In this document: positions 17,874-27,406 of the stretch, piece after piece
How positions within the stretch are numbered: position 1 is the stretch's first letter
Layout of the letters: the number at the start of each line of letters is the position of its first letter
Source of the DNA: Oscillospiraceae bacterium
Lineage (GTDB): Bacteria > Bacillota > Clostridia > Oscillospirales > Ruminococcaceae
Assembly (NCBI GenBank): GCA_009777415.1
Contig: WRLX01000002.1
Location: 231 to 64,230 of the forward strand
DNA length: 64,000 nt
Direction: 5' to 3'
Made by a program: the position numbers and the translations under genes
The notes under the pieces: model-generated
What the model was told of the DNA's origin: nothing
Databases searched by the model: none
The model's input: the letters and a program-made list of their open reading frames with translations, nothing else

Positions 17874-19199
17874 TTAAAAATTTTTAGAAAAAATTTTTAA
17901 AAACTTATCGGGGACAAAATTGTCACTGTCAAAAAAGCCCATCAAATCAGAACACGACGGGATTGTTCCTCCTTTGAAACGCCTCAACAAAATCGGCAAA
18001 TCGGGTTCGCGTCTTTTAATTGCCGCAAAAAGCGCGCAGTTGACTTCATCGCGCGTTCCTACACACTCAAAAGGTTTATCCTGCTGAGGGTCAATCAGCG
18101 CGGCGAGTAAAGCCGCCAACTCTTGATTGTTAAGCAAATTTTCGCCAAAAATCGAAATTAACGCATTATCATCTAAAAATGTCGCCAACATTATATAAAC
18201 ATACAGGCACTTCGCGCATTTACAGCACCATGTATTTGATTTTGTCCCCGCGTTGCAGGATTGGAACACGGGGAAATATTGCGGAAATTGCGTGAACTTG
18301 CGGGTGATTTGCAGTTCGTTCCACGGGCGTAACAAACTGAAATAATTCGGCAAGCCCCGCCCCATCTTGCCGACGTATTCCCTGAAATCGCGTTCAAACT
18401 CGGTGCTTTTACTGTACTGGTGATTAATGTCCGCGCCGCCGACATTCCCTTCATTCGCGCTGCTCTCGTTTGAGAGGACTACATATTCCTTGCCCGTAAG
18501 ATAGGCGAAAAGCAATGATGAAAAGGCTATTACAGCCGAAAACGGGGTATGCCCGTTGAGGTAGCCTTTTTTGTTTAGTTGAAGCAAAGTCGGGTCAATT
18601 GTGCGCTCCACTGTGATAATGCGCGAATCGGGGTAGCCCGCCGTTTTTGCCGAATCGTAGGCGCGTTTTATATCGCCGACTATGTAACAACAGTCATGGG
18701 CGTTCTCACAGTCCGGTTCGTTTCTCGATTTTAACAGCTCAAGTGTAACAATGCTGTCCTTGCCGCCGCCAACGGGAATGAGACAGCCGTTAAGTCCTCC
18801 GCAATGCAAGCGATTGCTCGGTAGGGTGTCGTTTTGATGCGCATTGGGGGTCGTAATCGTCATAAAGTCATCATCGGGGGCAATGTTATTCACGTAAAAG
18901 AACTCGCCCAACCCGTTTTTATAAAGCTTTTTCCACCAGTTGATTTGCCAATCGTCAAGACTGCCGCATTTAACCTCAACAAATGCGGGGCAAGCCGACT
19001 TCCAATAGCTGACAAGCTCAACCATGCCGAGGCTGAACACAAGCTTATGCAAAAGCTCGTCTTCTTTATGATTGTCTTTTACGGGAAGCGCGAAAGTCCA
19101 CCTCGGGCGAAACTCATATTCGTCCATACTGAAGTGGTATTCAAACCCGTTTTCTTCTATAGTGTAACCATGATAAATAAATTTTGTATGCTCTCTCAT
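17874..19199 (-). CDS. murL: MurL-like UDP-MurNAc-L-Ala-L-Glu epimerase family protein
   Basis: GGGKDS PP-loop, NGHTPFSA, SNESSA, NHQYSKS, FSLLRP..ELQI, WCCKCAKC, KPFECVG; start chosen from promoter position. Confidence 0.75.
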   Translation of the reverse strand: MREHTKFIYHGYTIEENGFEYHFSMDEYEFRPRWTFALPVKDNHKEDELLHKLVFSLGMVELVSYWKSACPAFVEVKCGSLDDWQINWWKKLYKNGLGEFFYVNNIAPDDDFMTITTPNAHQNDTLPSNRLHCGGLNGCLIPVGGGKDSIVTLELLKSRNEPDCENAHDCCYIVGDIKRAYDSAKTAGYPDSRIITVERTIDPTLLQLNKKGYLNGHTPFSAVIAFSSLLFAYLTGKEYVVLSNESSANEGNVGGADINHQYSKSTEFERDFREYVGKMGRGLPNYFSLLRPWNELQITRKFTQFPQYFPVFQSCNAGTKSNTWCCKCAKCLYVYIMLATFLDDNALISIFGENLLNNQELAALLAALIDPQQDKPFECVGTRDEVNCALFAAIKRREPDLPILLRRFKGGTIPSCSDLMGFFDSDNFVPDKFLKIFSKNF

Positions 19200-19206
19200 A
19201 CTCATT

Positions 19207-19235
19207 ATTATACAGCAGTAGCTCTCAATTGTCAA
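19207..19235 (-). promoter_or_regulatory. sigma-A promoter, probably leaderless transcript
   Basis: TTGACA-17-TATAAT, ATG 7 nt downstream, no SD. Confidence 0.75.
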
Positions 19236-19329
19236 TATTCACACACAATAAAATTCCGCAAAGCCCGCATTTTATGATATTTTATGACTTTTTTCGGCTA
19301 ATGCGCAAATTTCGGGGAATACTGCATTT

Positions 19330-20346
19330 ATGAGAATTGCTTTTTATGATGTAAAACCTTATGACAAACCGTGGTTTGACCGCCTTGCTCCCGAGTACGG
19401 TTGTGAAATTAAGTATCTTGATTATCACCTCAATGCCGACACTGCCCGATTTTCAGAAGGGTGCGGCGTTGCCTGTGCTTTTGTTAATGATGTTATAGAC
19501 AAAGACACGCTTGATGCACTTGCCGAAACAGGCGTTAAGCTTATTGCGATGCGCTGTGCCGGGTACAACAATGTTGACTTAAAGGCGGCTTGCTACATGG
19601 GATTCAAAGTTGTGCGTGTACCCGAGTATTCCCCTGCGGCTGTCGCGGAGCATACAATGGCGTTATTGCTCTGTGTCAACAGGAAGATTCACAGGGCATA
19701 CTCCCGAACGCGCGAAAACAATTTCAGCATTAACGGTCTGATAGGATTCGATATGCGCGGCAAAACCGCTGGAATAATAGGCACGGGTAAGATTGGGCGG
19801 GTTTTTGCGGAAATATGCGGCGGGTTTGGCATGAAAGTAATCGCCTATGACCCGTATCCGTCTGATAGTTTTAATGGCGAGTATAAGCCGATTGACAGCG
19901 TTTACCGCGAATCGGACGTTATATCGCTTCATTGCCCGCTTATTCCCGCAACGAGGCACATGATTAACAAGGACAGCATTGCCTTGATGAAAGACGGCGT
20001 AGTAGTCGTAAACACATCGCGGGGCGGGTTAATCGACACCCCGGCATTGATTGATGCACTCAAGTCAAAGAAGTTTTACGGCGCGGGGCTTGACGTTTAT
20101 GAGGAGGAAGCCGATTATTTCTTCAGCGATTATTCCGCGGAAATAATCACTGATGACGATTTGGCGCGTTTGCTGTCGTTCCCAAATGTAGTCCTGACCT
20201 CGCACCAAGCTTTTTTTACCGAGGAAGCAACAAGGGAAATAGCAGAAACGACTCTAAAAAACATACAAGAGTTCAACACTCTGAAAGAGGGAAGAACTCT
20301 TGTAAATGAGATTTGCTGTGATAATGTCAAGCGGTTGCCCGATTAG
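19330..20346 (+). CDS. ldhA: D-lactate / D-2-hydroxyacid dehydrogenase
   Basis: RCAGYNNVD, YSPAAVAEH, GTGKIG, SLHCPL, NTSRG, GLDVYEEE, SHQAF. Confidence 0.9.
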   Translation: MRIAFYDVKPYDKPWFDRLAPEYGCEIKYLDYHLNADTARFSEGCGVACAFVNDVIDKDTLDALAETGVKLIAMRCAGYNNVDLKAACYMGFKVVRVPEYSPAAVAEHTMALLLCVNRKIHRAYSRTRENNFSINGLIGFDMRGKTAGIIGTGKIGRVFAEICGGFGMKVIAYDPYPSDSFNGEYKPIDSVYRESDVISLHCPLIPATRHMINKDSIALMKDGVVVVNTSRGGLIDTPALIDALKSKKFYGAGLDVYEEEADYFFSDYSAEIITDDDLARLLSFPNVVLTSHQAFFTEEATREIAETTLKNIQEFNTLKEGRTLVNEICCDNVKRLPD

Positions 20347-20903
20347 ACGGGGCTGAAAAGTGTGCGAACATGAGGTGTTTTAAGGAGAAAAATCGCTCCG
20401 AGCATTGTGAAAATCAATTCGGGCAGCATATATGCCCCGTTGTATACGAGCGAATACAGCGCAACATTCCAATCTTCCGGTGCCCATTGCCCGAATATGA
20501 TTATGCCTGATGTAAAATGCCCTGCAAAACGCAATACCATTACAACAGCAATCCCTGCACACCAACCGGGCAACTTTTTATAACGGAACACCCCCGCCAA
20601 CCCCAGCCCCGTAAAAGGGATTAGATAGTCCAAAACGCTCATTCCCACAATTGCACCGGGAGTCATTCCCCATGTCATAACCTCGCCTATGTCAACCCCG
20701 AATTGAAACCCCGCATAGAGAAATGCCACAGGCAGACCGATTTTTATGCCGTACTTAACAGAAATAAGTATAAGAGGGAGCATTGACAAGAGCGTAACTG
20801 AACCGCCCATGGGCATTTTCCAAACCTTGACAAAGCTCAGGGCTATTGACAGCCCGAGCATGATTGCGCATTCCGCGAGAACGAGAACTTTTGTGTTTTT
20901 CAT
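20343..20903 (-). CDS. thiT: ECF thiamine transporter S component
   Basis: MPMGGSVT, LDY, SLVYNGAYM motifs; downstream of a TPP riboswitch. Confidence 0.92.
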   Translation of the reverse strand: MKNTKVLVLAECAIMLGLSIALSFVKVWKMPMGGSVTLLSMLPLILISVKYGIKIGLPVAFLYAGFQFGVDIGEVMTWGMTPGAIVGMSVLDYLIPFTGLGLAGVFRYKKLPGWCAGIAVVMVLRFAGHFTSGIIIFGQWAPEDWNVALYSLVYNGAYMLPELIFTMLGAIFLLKTPHVRTLFSPV

Positions 20904-20909
20904 ACAGAA

Positions 20910-20943
20910 AAACCTCCTTATAAATAATTATACAAGGAGGTTT
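20910..20943 (-). promoter_or_regulatory. Riboswitch expression platform: hairpin sequestering the thiT SD
   Basis: AAACCTCCTT ... AAGGAGGTTT inverted repeat that includes the SD. Confidence 0.75.
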
Positions 20944-20954
20944 GCACGACAAAA

Positions 20955-21048
20955 GCTATTTCCCTACGGCGGCATTATCCGCATCAGGTCATAGGTCGAA
21001 ACGTCAATCCGTTTCCTCTCAGCCGAAACATCAGCTCCCTGTAATTGT
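20955..21048 (-). ncRNA. TPP riboswitch
   Basis: GGGAGCTG...GGCTGAGAGG...GACCTGATGCGGATAATGCCGCCGTAGGGAA. Confidence 0.93.
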
Positions 21049-21104
21049 TATTTTAACACACTTTTGGCAGCTTGTCAAGCGTTTTTTACAAATTTTCACA
21101 AAAT

Positions 21105-22424
21105 TCACGAAAGATACTCATTAATAATTCTAATCAGCATTTCGTTGAGCTTTTCGACTTGGTACGCGCCGATTGTCGGCTCGGCGTGCGGATTGCCTAC
21201 TCCCGAATGGTCAGTCAAAAATGTAAACGTCCCGCCTGTCATTACCGCAAAGGTGCGTAACAGGAATTCGGTATCAAGGTCGTAGTTACTGCCGTTGCCA
21301 CTCGCCATAACAGGGACTATGCGGATTCCATTGCTTGCCGCGCCTGCAATTGCGTTTTGCAGGTTTTGGATTGCATCTTGTCTTTCATGCGCAGGTGCAT
21401 CAAGCACTAACAGCATAATTTTAACCGAATCATCCTGCCATTCTTTTTCATATACCGCATCGATTAAAGCTTCATCAAGTGCTTCGGGCCAGTCGCCCCC
21501 GCCCGCCGCACTTTGCTCATTGAGGATTCTGATTGCTTGCGGTATATCGTTCGTGAATTCATGCGGTAAAATTACATATTGGTCATCGTGGTCACGGTAA
21601 AAATTCACCGAAAGCCGAGTGGGAATATTTGCGTTTCCCCTCCGAACGGTATTAATAACGTCCTCAAGCTCCGCCTGTAAATACCTCAACTCATCTCCCA
21701 TTGAACCCGTAGTATCGAACACGAGCATTAAGTCAAGCGTTTTGTCGGGCGAATTGGCAGAGGAATGAGCCGCGTTAATCTCCATAAACTCCGAGTCAAC
21801 TCTTATGAGGTTGTCGGAATTGACTTTGATGTAATCGTCCCCGGTAATTGGCGTGTCGCTGAACAAATACGCCAGCCCTTCATGGTCGGTACGCGCGTTC
21901 CACAATACAGCCTCCGTCTGTGAGCCCGGAGCGGGCTGCCTCACAAGTGTCACCGCCTCGTTACGGACAGGAACGCCGTTTCGCGTAACCCTGACTGTTA
22001 CTCGGTTGAGCGGCTGAAGCTGCCAACGATTAATCATGTTTTGCCATGCCGAGTTGCCGCGTGATTGATTTTGCTCAAACAGCTTAACCCAGTCATCCCA
22101 GTTCCTGTTGTCGCGCCATTCACCTGCGGTAAGCGTTCCCGCGGGGAGCATTGTGACTTGCTCCGCGTTACCGCCGCCCATAGTATGCCCGCCGTCGCTG
22201 TCATCGGCGAGAATTGGGCGGTGTGCAAAGTAGTCCGCATCATCGACCACTCCTACGTCTGCATCATTGTGTACAACCGCTTCTTGCACTTCTTCGCCAC
22301 CATCCCGCGCCATATTCCCGGTCGGGGAGGAGGCAAATTCGTTTAGCCCGCCGCATGAAGTTGCCAACAAAAGCAACCCCGCAATCAACACCAATGCCGC
22401 CAATGTTTTAGTTAAACTTTTCAT
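21105..22424 (-). CDS. Lipoprotein with C-terminal vWA domain
   Basis: Lipobox LATSC; MIDAS DTTGSM; GGGDWPEA; VLDAPAH. Confidence 0.85.
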   Translation of the reverse strand: MKSLTKTLAALVLIAGLLLLATSCGGLNEFASSPTGNMARDGGEEVQEAVVHNDADVGVVDDADYFAHRPILADDSDGGHTMGGGNAEQVTMLPAGTLTAGEWRDNRNWDDWVKLFEQNQSRGNSAWQNMINRWQLQPLNRVTVRVTRNGVPVRNEAVTLVRQPAPGSQTEAVLWNARTDHEGLAYLFSDTPITGDDYIKVNSDNLIRVDSEFMEINAAHSSANSPDKTLDLMLVFDTTGSMGDELRYLQAELEDVINTVRRGNANIPTRLSVNFYRDHDDQYVILPHEFTNDIPQAIRILNEQSAAGGGDWPEALDEALIDAVYEKEWQDDSVKIMLLVLDAPAHERQDAIQNLQNAIAGAASNGIRIVPVMASGNGSNYDLDTEFLLRTFAVMTGGTFTFLTDHSGVGNPHAEPTIGAYQVEKLNEMLIRIINEYLS

Positions 22425-22538
22425 ATCGCACCTCGCTCTTAATTTGAATTATTTTTTCGGAAGAACCGACTATATCAATAAAACAACTCAGACGGCAAAA
22501 AGGTTGCAAAAAAGTTTATTACAAATTGGTTACAAAAT

Positions 22539-22569
22539 AGACCTCCTCGGAAATTCCCGTGGAGGTCTA
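22539..22569. terminator. Hairpin downstream of the NPXTG micro-ORF
   Basis: TAGACCTCC...GGAGGTCTA inverted repeat, T-rich run on the minus strand. Confidence 0.65.
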
Positions 22570-22588
22570 ATGTTAATTGCAAATCGGG

Positions 22589-22699
22589 TTATCTTTTTTT
22601 CTTAATCATGCCCCAAATAAAGAGACCGACTAATACCACAAACGCAACTCCGGCGGCGACTATCGCGCCCCAAAAGTCAACACCTGTTACAGGATTCAT
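22589..22699 (-). CDS. 36-aa micro-protein consisting only of an NPXTG sorting-signal-like sequence
   Basis: MNPVTGVDFWGAIVAAGVAFVVLVGLFIWGMIKKKR; SD AGAAGGAG upstream. Confidence 0.7.
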   Translation of the reverse strand: MNPVTGVDFWGAIVAAGVAFVVLVGLFIWGMIKKKR

Positions 22700-22771
22700 G
22701 AAACACACACTCCTTCTAAAGAATAAGGAACAATGAACAGCTCATTATTCCTTATTCATCATTTTTCTCAA

Positions 22772-23743
22772 TTATTGCGCATCAACTTGGACAACTCTGT
22801 CAATCGCGCCGGGAGACATTTCAATCCCGGTTGTCGCAGTGACTTCCGCTACAAACTCGTTAAACAAGTCTAAGTCGTAAACATAAATAGTAACATCAGT
22901 CCAAATAATTCTTGCGGTAATGTCATTAACCGGGCTGTCTGTTTTTACCTGCAATCCGAATTTAAGGATTCCGCCGCCTTCTTTATCGCTTTCTTCGTCT
23001 TCCGGGTCTTTCGGGACAGGAGGTGAGCTGAAAAGTTCCCTGTCTCTTCCCACGTTTTCAACACGATGCTCTACATAGAAAGGAATATCCCAAACAGCAG
23101 TCATCCTGTCGCCCCAGTGAAAACCGTCTCCGCCATTGTCTTCGTCGAACTGTTTAAGGAGATTGTCGCCTGTATTCCACCAGTCGTGACTCCAAAGTGC
23201 TCCGCCCTGCATGAAGACCTCAACATTGCTGATAGCTTCCGATTCGATTCCGCCAACGCCTTCAAAGTAAAATTCGGCTTCGATACGCTCTACATTTTCC
23301 CAAAACTCCCCGTTTTGTGAAATGAGGTCTTGCCATGTGCTATCGAGACCATCGGGGAATCCGCCGTCAGGCTCTCTATAGCCTTGGAAACCGACGATTC
23401 TGATTGCATCGGATGCGCCTCCGCCTTCACCGCTACCCGGGCCGTTGTTGCCGCCGATGTTAATGTTCATGCCGGCGGGGATTGTGAATTCACGTTGGTT
23501 AAATGCCATTACTGCGAAGTCAACAAAGGGTTCGTTTACAAAGTCATCTTCGCTGTTGTCGTCATTGTTGTCATTTTGCTCATCGTTGGTGTTGTCGTCG
23601 CCACCGGCAGTGTCATCGGTAACTACAGGGTCTTGCTGTGCGGGGGGTTCGTCACCATTGTCGTTGTTGCACGCCGCGAGCGTGAGGGTCAGTGCCATAG
23701 CCATTGCTGCAAAAATTGCCAAAAGCCTTTTGGATAAATTCAT
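22772..23743 (-). CDS. Acidic lipoprotein of unknown function
   Basis: Signal peptide with LAAC lipobox, D/N-rich linker; SD GGAGGA before ATG 23743. Confidence 0.8.
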   Translation of the reverse strand: MNLSKRLLAIFAAMAMALTLTLAACNNDNGDEPPAQQDPVVTDDTAGGDDNTNDEQNDNNDDNSEDDFVNEPFVDFAVMAFNQREFTIPAGMNINIGGNNGPGSGEGGGASDAIRIVGFQGYREPDGGFPDGLDSTWQDLISQNGEFWENVERIEAEFYFEGVGGIESEAISNVEVFMQGGALWSHDWWNTGDNLLKQFDEDNGGDGFHWGDRMTAVWDIPFYVEHRVENVGRDRELFSSPPVPKDPEDEESDKEGGGILKFGLQVKTDSPVNDITARIIWTDVTIYVYDLDLFNEFVAEVTATTGIEMSPGAIDRVVQVDAQ

Positions 23744-23914
23744 AATTGTGTATCCTCCATTTAATTTTATTTGATGCAAATAGTAAGAAACAGTTCTCGT
23801 ATTTACACCTTACTAAATAATATACATTAATTTTTGCCGTTAGTCAATGTGCAAACTTACTAAATATTTACTTATTTTTTAGCTAATTTTTACAAAACTG
23901 CTCTAAAATACAGT

Positions 23915-25717
23915 TTAAACGCCGATTAACCTCGTAAAATCTTCCTTTACGCGCTTTTGAACATTTACAGATTCGCTCATGCTTAATCCAATGCTCGTAT
24001 AGTAAATCTTGAGTTTAGGCTCAGTCCCCGACGGGCGTACTATTATTACAGAGTCATCCTCCAAAACAAGCTTTAGGACGTTAGATTTAGGCAAGCCCGT
24101 GCTTTTCGGTCCGGTACGCGGATTCCTAAAATCAACGACAGTCTTGTTAAGGTAATCGGAAAAGCCGACAACTTCAATTTTCCCAACCTGTTTAGGGCAA
24201 GAGCGGCGCAGATTGTCCATAATCTTCTTCATTTGAGCTGCTCCCGCTTGTCCCTCAAAGCGGATATTTTGGGTGTCATGGTAGTAATATCCATAGTCTT
24301 TGTACATTTGCTCACGCGCATCTACAAGAGTTTTCCCTGTTCGGCGGTAAAAAGCCGCCATTTCGCAAATAAGCATAGAAGCACACACTGCATCTTTATC
24401 GCGGACATAGCTTCCCGCTAAATATCCGATGCTTTCCTCAAATCCAAAGATGAATCTGTCCTGCTCACCTTTTTTTTCGAGATTGCCTATTATTTCGCCG
24501 ATAAATTTAAATCCGGTAAGCACGTCAAAAAGCTGAACATTATACTTTTCGGCAATTTTTGCGGCAATATCAGTAGTAACAATTGTTTTGACCGCAATGG
24601 GATTCAAGGGCATACTTTCGCTCACCCTGCGTTCGCGGCAAATGTATTCGAGCATCATCGCGCCGACTTCGTTCCCGCTGAAAAGCGCGAATCCTCCCAC
24701 AGCGGATTCATCACGAACCGCAAGCCCCACACGGTCACAGTCGGGGTCGGTGGCAATCAACAAGTCCGCATTTTCCTCTTTTGCAAGTTTAAGCCCCAAT
24801 TCCAACGCTTCTTTAAACTCCGGGTTAGGGTAGGGGCAGGTGGGAAAAGAGCCGTCGGGGCGTTCCTGCTCGGGAACTATTACAACATCTGCAACGCCCG
24901 TTTCTTTAAAAATACGGCGAACAGGTTTGTTGCCCGCGCCGTTGAGCGGCGTGAATACAACTTTGAGTCCCGAGCCGCCGCATATATTACGGTGAATCGA
25001 ACGCGCTTTAACGCTTTTGAAATAATCATCGATTACATCGCTGTCAATGCCGGTAATAAGCCCTTTTTCGTAAGCCTCATCAAAATCGGCAAGCTCAACA
25101 TCGTTAAACAAATCTAACTTATTAATACGGTTAATAATGACTTCCGAATCGCTGAGGTTTAATTGGCAACCATCGCTTCCATATGCTTTGTATCCGTTGT
25201 ATTGCGACGGATTATGGCTCGCGGTAATAACGATTCCCGCACTGCATTTAAGCCGCCTCACGGCAAAACTCAGCATGGGAGTCGGCGTTATATCCTTATA
25301 AACGTGGCATTTTATACCGTTTGCCGCCAAGACCTGCGCCGCAACTCTTGCAAAATAGGAGGATTTGTGGCGGCTATCGAATGCGACCGCTACCGATGCT
25401 GTACCCGGTTTATTAAATGAGGGATTGCGCGATTTTACAAAATCGGCGAGCCCCTGAGTTGCGCGGGCAACGGTATAGTGGTTAATGCGGTTAGTCCCCG
25501 CGCCGATTATGCCGCGAAGCCCCCCTGTCCCGAACTCAAGCTCGCAATAAAATCGGTCGTCTAAATCGGCTTCTATTTTTTTTCGCGCTTCCGAGTCGTT
25601 ATTTTTCTTGGCTTCCTCAAGCTTTTTTGCGATTTTCCTCAGCTCATTTGCCAAATCGGCGTCGCCGGACGCATTTTTCAGCCAATATTCAAATTTTTCG
25701 GTTATAGCCTTATTCAT
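23915..25717 (-). CDS. pgm: Phosphoglucomutase / phosphomannomutase
   Basis: FGTGGLRG, TASHNP, DPDCDR, GFEESIG, RPSGTEPKLK. Confidence 0.93.
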   Translation of the reverse strand: MNKAITEKFEYWLKNASGDADLANELRKIAKKLEEAKKNNDSEARKKIEADLDDRFYCELEFGTGGLRGIIGAGTNRINHYTVARATQGLADFVKSRNPSFNKPGTASVAVAFDSRHKSSYFARVAAQVLAANGIKCHVYKDITPTPMLSFAVRRLKCSAGIVITASHNPSQYNGYKAYGSDGCQLNLSDSEVIINRINKLDLFNDVELADFDEAYEKGLITGIDSDVIDDYFKSVKARSIHRNICGGSGLKVVFTPLNGAGNKPVRRIFKETGVADVVIVPEQERPDGSFPTCPYPNPEFKEALELGLKLAKEENADLLIATDPDCDRVGLAVRDESAVGGFALFSGNEVGAMMLEYICRERRVSESMPLNPIAVKTIVTTDIAAKIAEKYNVQLFDVLTGFKFIGEIIGNLEKKGEQDRFIFGFEESIGYLAGSYVRDKDAVCASMLICEMAAFYRRTGKTLVDAREQMYKDYGYYYHDTQNIRFEGQAGAAQMKKIMDNLRRSCPKQVGKIEVVGFSDYLNKTVVDFRNPRTGPKSTGLPKSNVLKLVLEDDSVIIVRPSGTEPKLKIYYTSIGLSMSESVNVQKRVKEDFTRLIGV

Positions 25718-25793
25718 AAGTTTCTAAGACCTCCTCCTGAAAATAAATCAGCAGTCGGCAGTTACCAATCACGAACTGCTAACTGCTGAAGAG

Positions 25794-25865
25794 CAGGGGC
25801 GTAGGGACTCGAACCCTGAACAACGGTTTTGGAGACCGTCATGTTACCAATTACACCACGCCCCT
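25794..25865 (-). tRNA. tRNA-Trp (CCA)
   Basis: AGGGGCGTGGTGTAATTGGTAACATGACGGTCTCCAAAACCGT...GGTTCGAGTCC. Confidence 0.96.
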
Positions 25866-26018
25866 ATCTATGTGCTTTATATATAATAACACATCAAATA
25901 TCGGTTTGTCAAGCAAAAAATGAAAAAAGACTTGCAAAATTTTATTTTTTTTGTTATTATTGATTTTAGAGGCGAATTTAAGGTGTAATTTAAGGTGTAG
26001 AATTAAGAAAAAGAACAA

Positions 26019-26191
26019 AGAAAGGGCAAGGGTAAAACTTTGAGAATCAGTCCATGGTAAATGGGAAAACGAAACTTTAATAAAGAAATTGTATAGAAAG
26101 GGCAAGGGTAAAACTTTGAGAATCGGTCCATGGTAAATGGGAAAACGAAACTTTGATAAAGAAATTGTATAGAAAGGGCAAGGGTAAAAAT
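26019..26191 (+). repeat. Family A array (2 cores, 3 boxes, period 76) before recA
   Basis: AGAAAGGGCAAGGGTAAAA at 26019, 26095, 26171. Confidence 0.95.
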
Positions 26192-27406
26192 ATGGCTAAG
26201 GCTAAGACGGTTAAATCCGCTCCTACAAAGGCGGCGACCGGAGAAGAACGGCAAAAGGCACTCGCATCGGCAATCGCCCAGATTGAAAAAGATTTCGGCG
26301 AGGGGGCGGTAATGTTCATGAATTCCAAGAACCGCATGAATGTCGAATCCACGCCGACGGGTTCGCTGAATTTAGATTTGGCACTCGGAATAGGCGGACT
26401 CCCTAAGGGAAGGATAATAGAAATATACGGGCAAGAGTCGGGCGGGAAAACTACGGTATCACTCCACGCGATTGCCGAAGCGCAAAAAAAAGGGGGGACT
26501 GCGGCATTTGTTGACGTTGAACACGCATTAGACCCGATTTATGCAAAAAAACTCGGCGTTAATGTAGATGAACTAATCGTGTCACAACCCGATACAGGCG
26601 AACAGGCTCTTGAAATAATGGAACGGCTTGTCCGTTCGGGTGCGGTTGATATAATAGTGCTTGACTCGGTAGCTGCAATGGTTACACGCGCGGAAATAGA
26701 AGGCGAAATGGGCGATTCTCATGTAGGGCAGCAGGCGCGGCTGATGTCGGCGGCGATGCGCAAACTCACCAGTATTATTTCCAAAACGGGAACGGTTGCG
26801 ATTTTTATAAACCAAGTGCGTGAGAAAATCGGCGGCTACGGCAACCCCGAAACAACTCCGGGCGGCCGCGCATTGAAATTTTATGCATCTGTGAGGATTC
26901 AAGTGAGCAAAACGAGCGAAAAAATCATGGACGGGAGCGAGCAAATAGGAGTACGTACCAAATGCAAGGTTGTCAAAAATAAGGTAGCCCCGCCGTTTAA
27001 AACCTGTGAATTTGATATGATTTACGGAGTAGGCATATCTAAGGTAGGCGAAATTCTTGATTTAGCTGCTGATTTGGCAGTCTGCAAAAAAAGCGGCGCA
27101 TGGTATTATCACGGCGATATGCGATTGGGTCAAGGGCGGGAAAACGCCAAAAAATACCTGCTTGAAAATCCCGATTTAATGGACGAGATTGAAGAAAAAA
27201 TCCGCGATAAGGTCGCCGATTCAACTGTTTTTGACGATGTTGACTCTTCCGAAAAGACTGAAAAGCTTGATAAAAAGGCTGACAGTGCGGAGGTTTTGCC
27301 GCCGACTGAAGAGCCTGTGCCGAAAAAATCCGCGAAAAAGACCAAGAAGGCTATACTTATAGAAGGAGATGAGAGCTTCGAGGAGTTTTCGCCTGATGAG
27401 TTATGA
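26192..27406 (+). CDS. recA: Recombinase RecA
   Basis: GQESGGKTT Walker [38 protein letters not shown]. Confidence 0.98.
   Translation: MAKAKTVKSAPTKAATGEERQKALASAIAQIEKDFGEGAVMFMNSKNRMNVESTPTGSLNLDLALGIGGLPKGRIIEIYGQESGGKTTVSLHAIAEAQKKGGTAAFVDVEHALDPIYAKKLGVNVDELIVSQPDTGEQALEIMERLVRSGAVDIIVLDSVAAMVTRAEIEGEMGDSHVGQQARLMSAAMRKLTSIISKTGTVAIFINQVREKIGGYGNPETTPGGRALKFYASVRIQVSKTSEKIMDGSEQIGVRTKCKVVKNKVAPPFKTCEFDMIYGVGISKVGEILDLAADLAVCKKSGAWYYHGDMRLGQGRENAKKYLLENPDLMDEIEEKIRDKVADSTVFDDVDSSEKTEKLDKKADSAEVLPPTEEPVPKKSAKKTKKAILIEGDESFEEFSPDEL

Noticed and set aside
25975-26000. ATTTAAGGTGTA tandem pair upstream of recA as an SOS operator
   Set aside because: Does not match the Firmicutes LexA box GAAC-N4-GTTC; likely a short local duplication.
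25851-26352. Short ORFs made of repeated peptides (also 15479-15667, 29282-29559, 32144-32338, 42206-42421, 55081-55365)
   Set aside because: They are translations of the tandem repeats, mostly antisense, with no independent SD or protein features.
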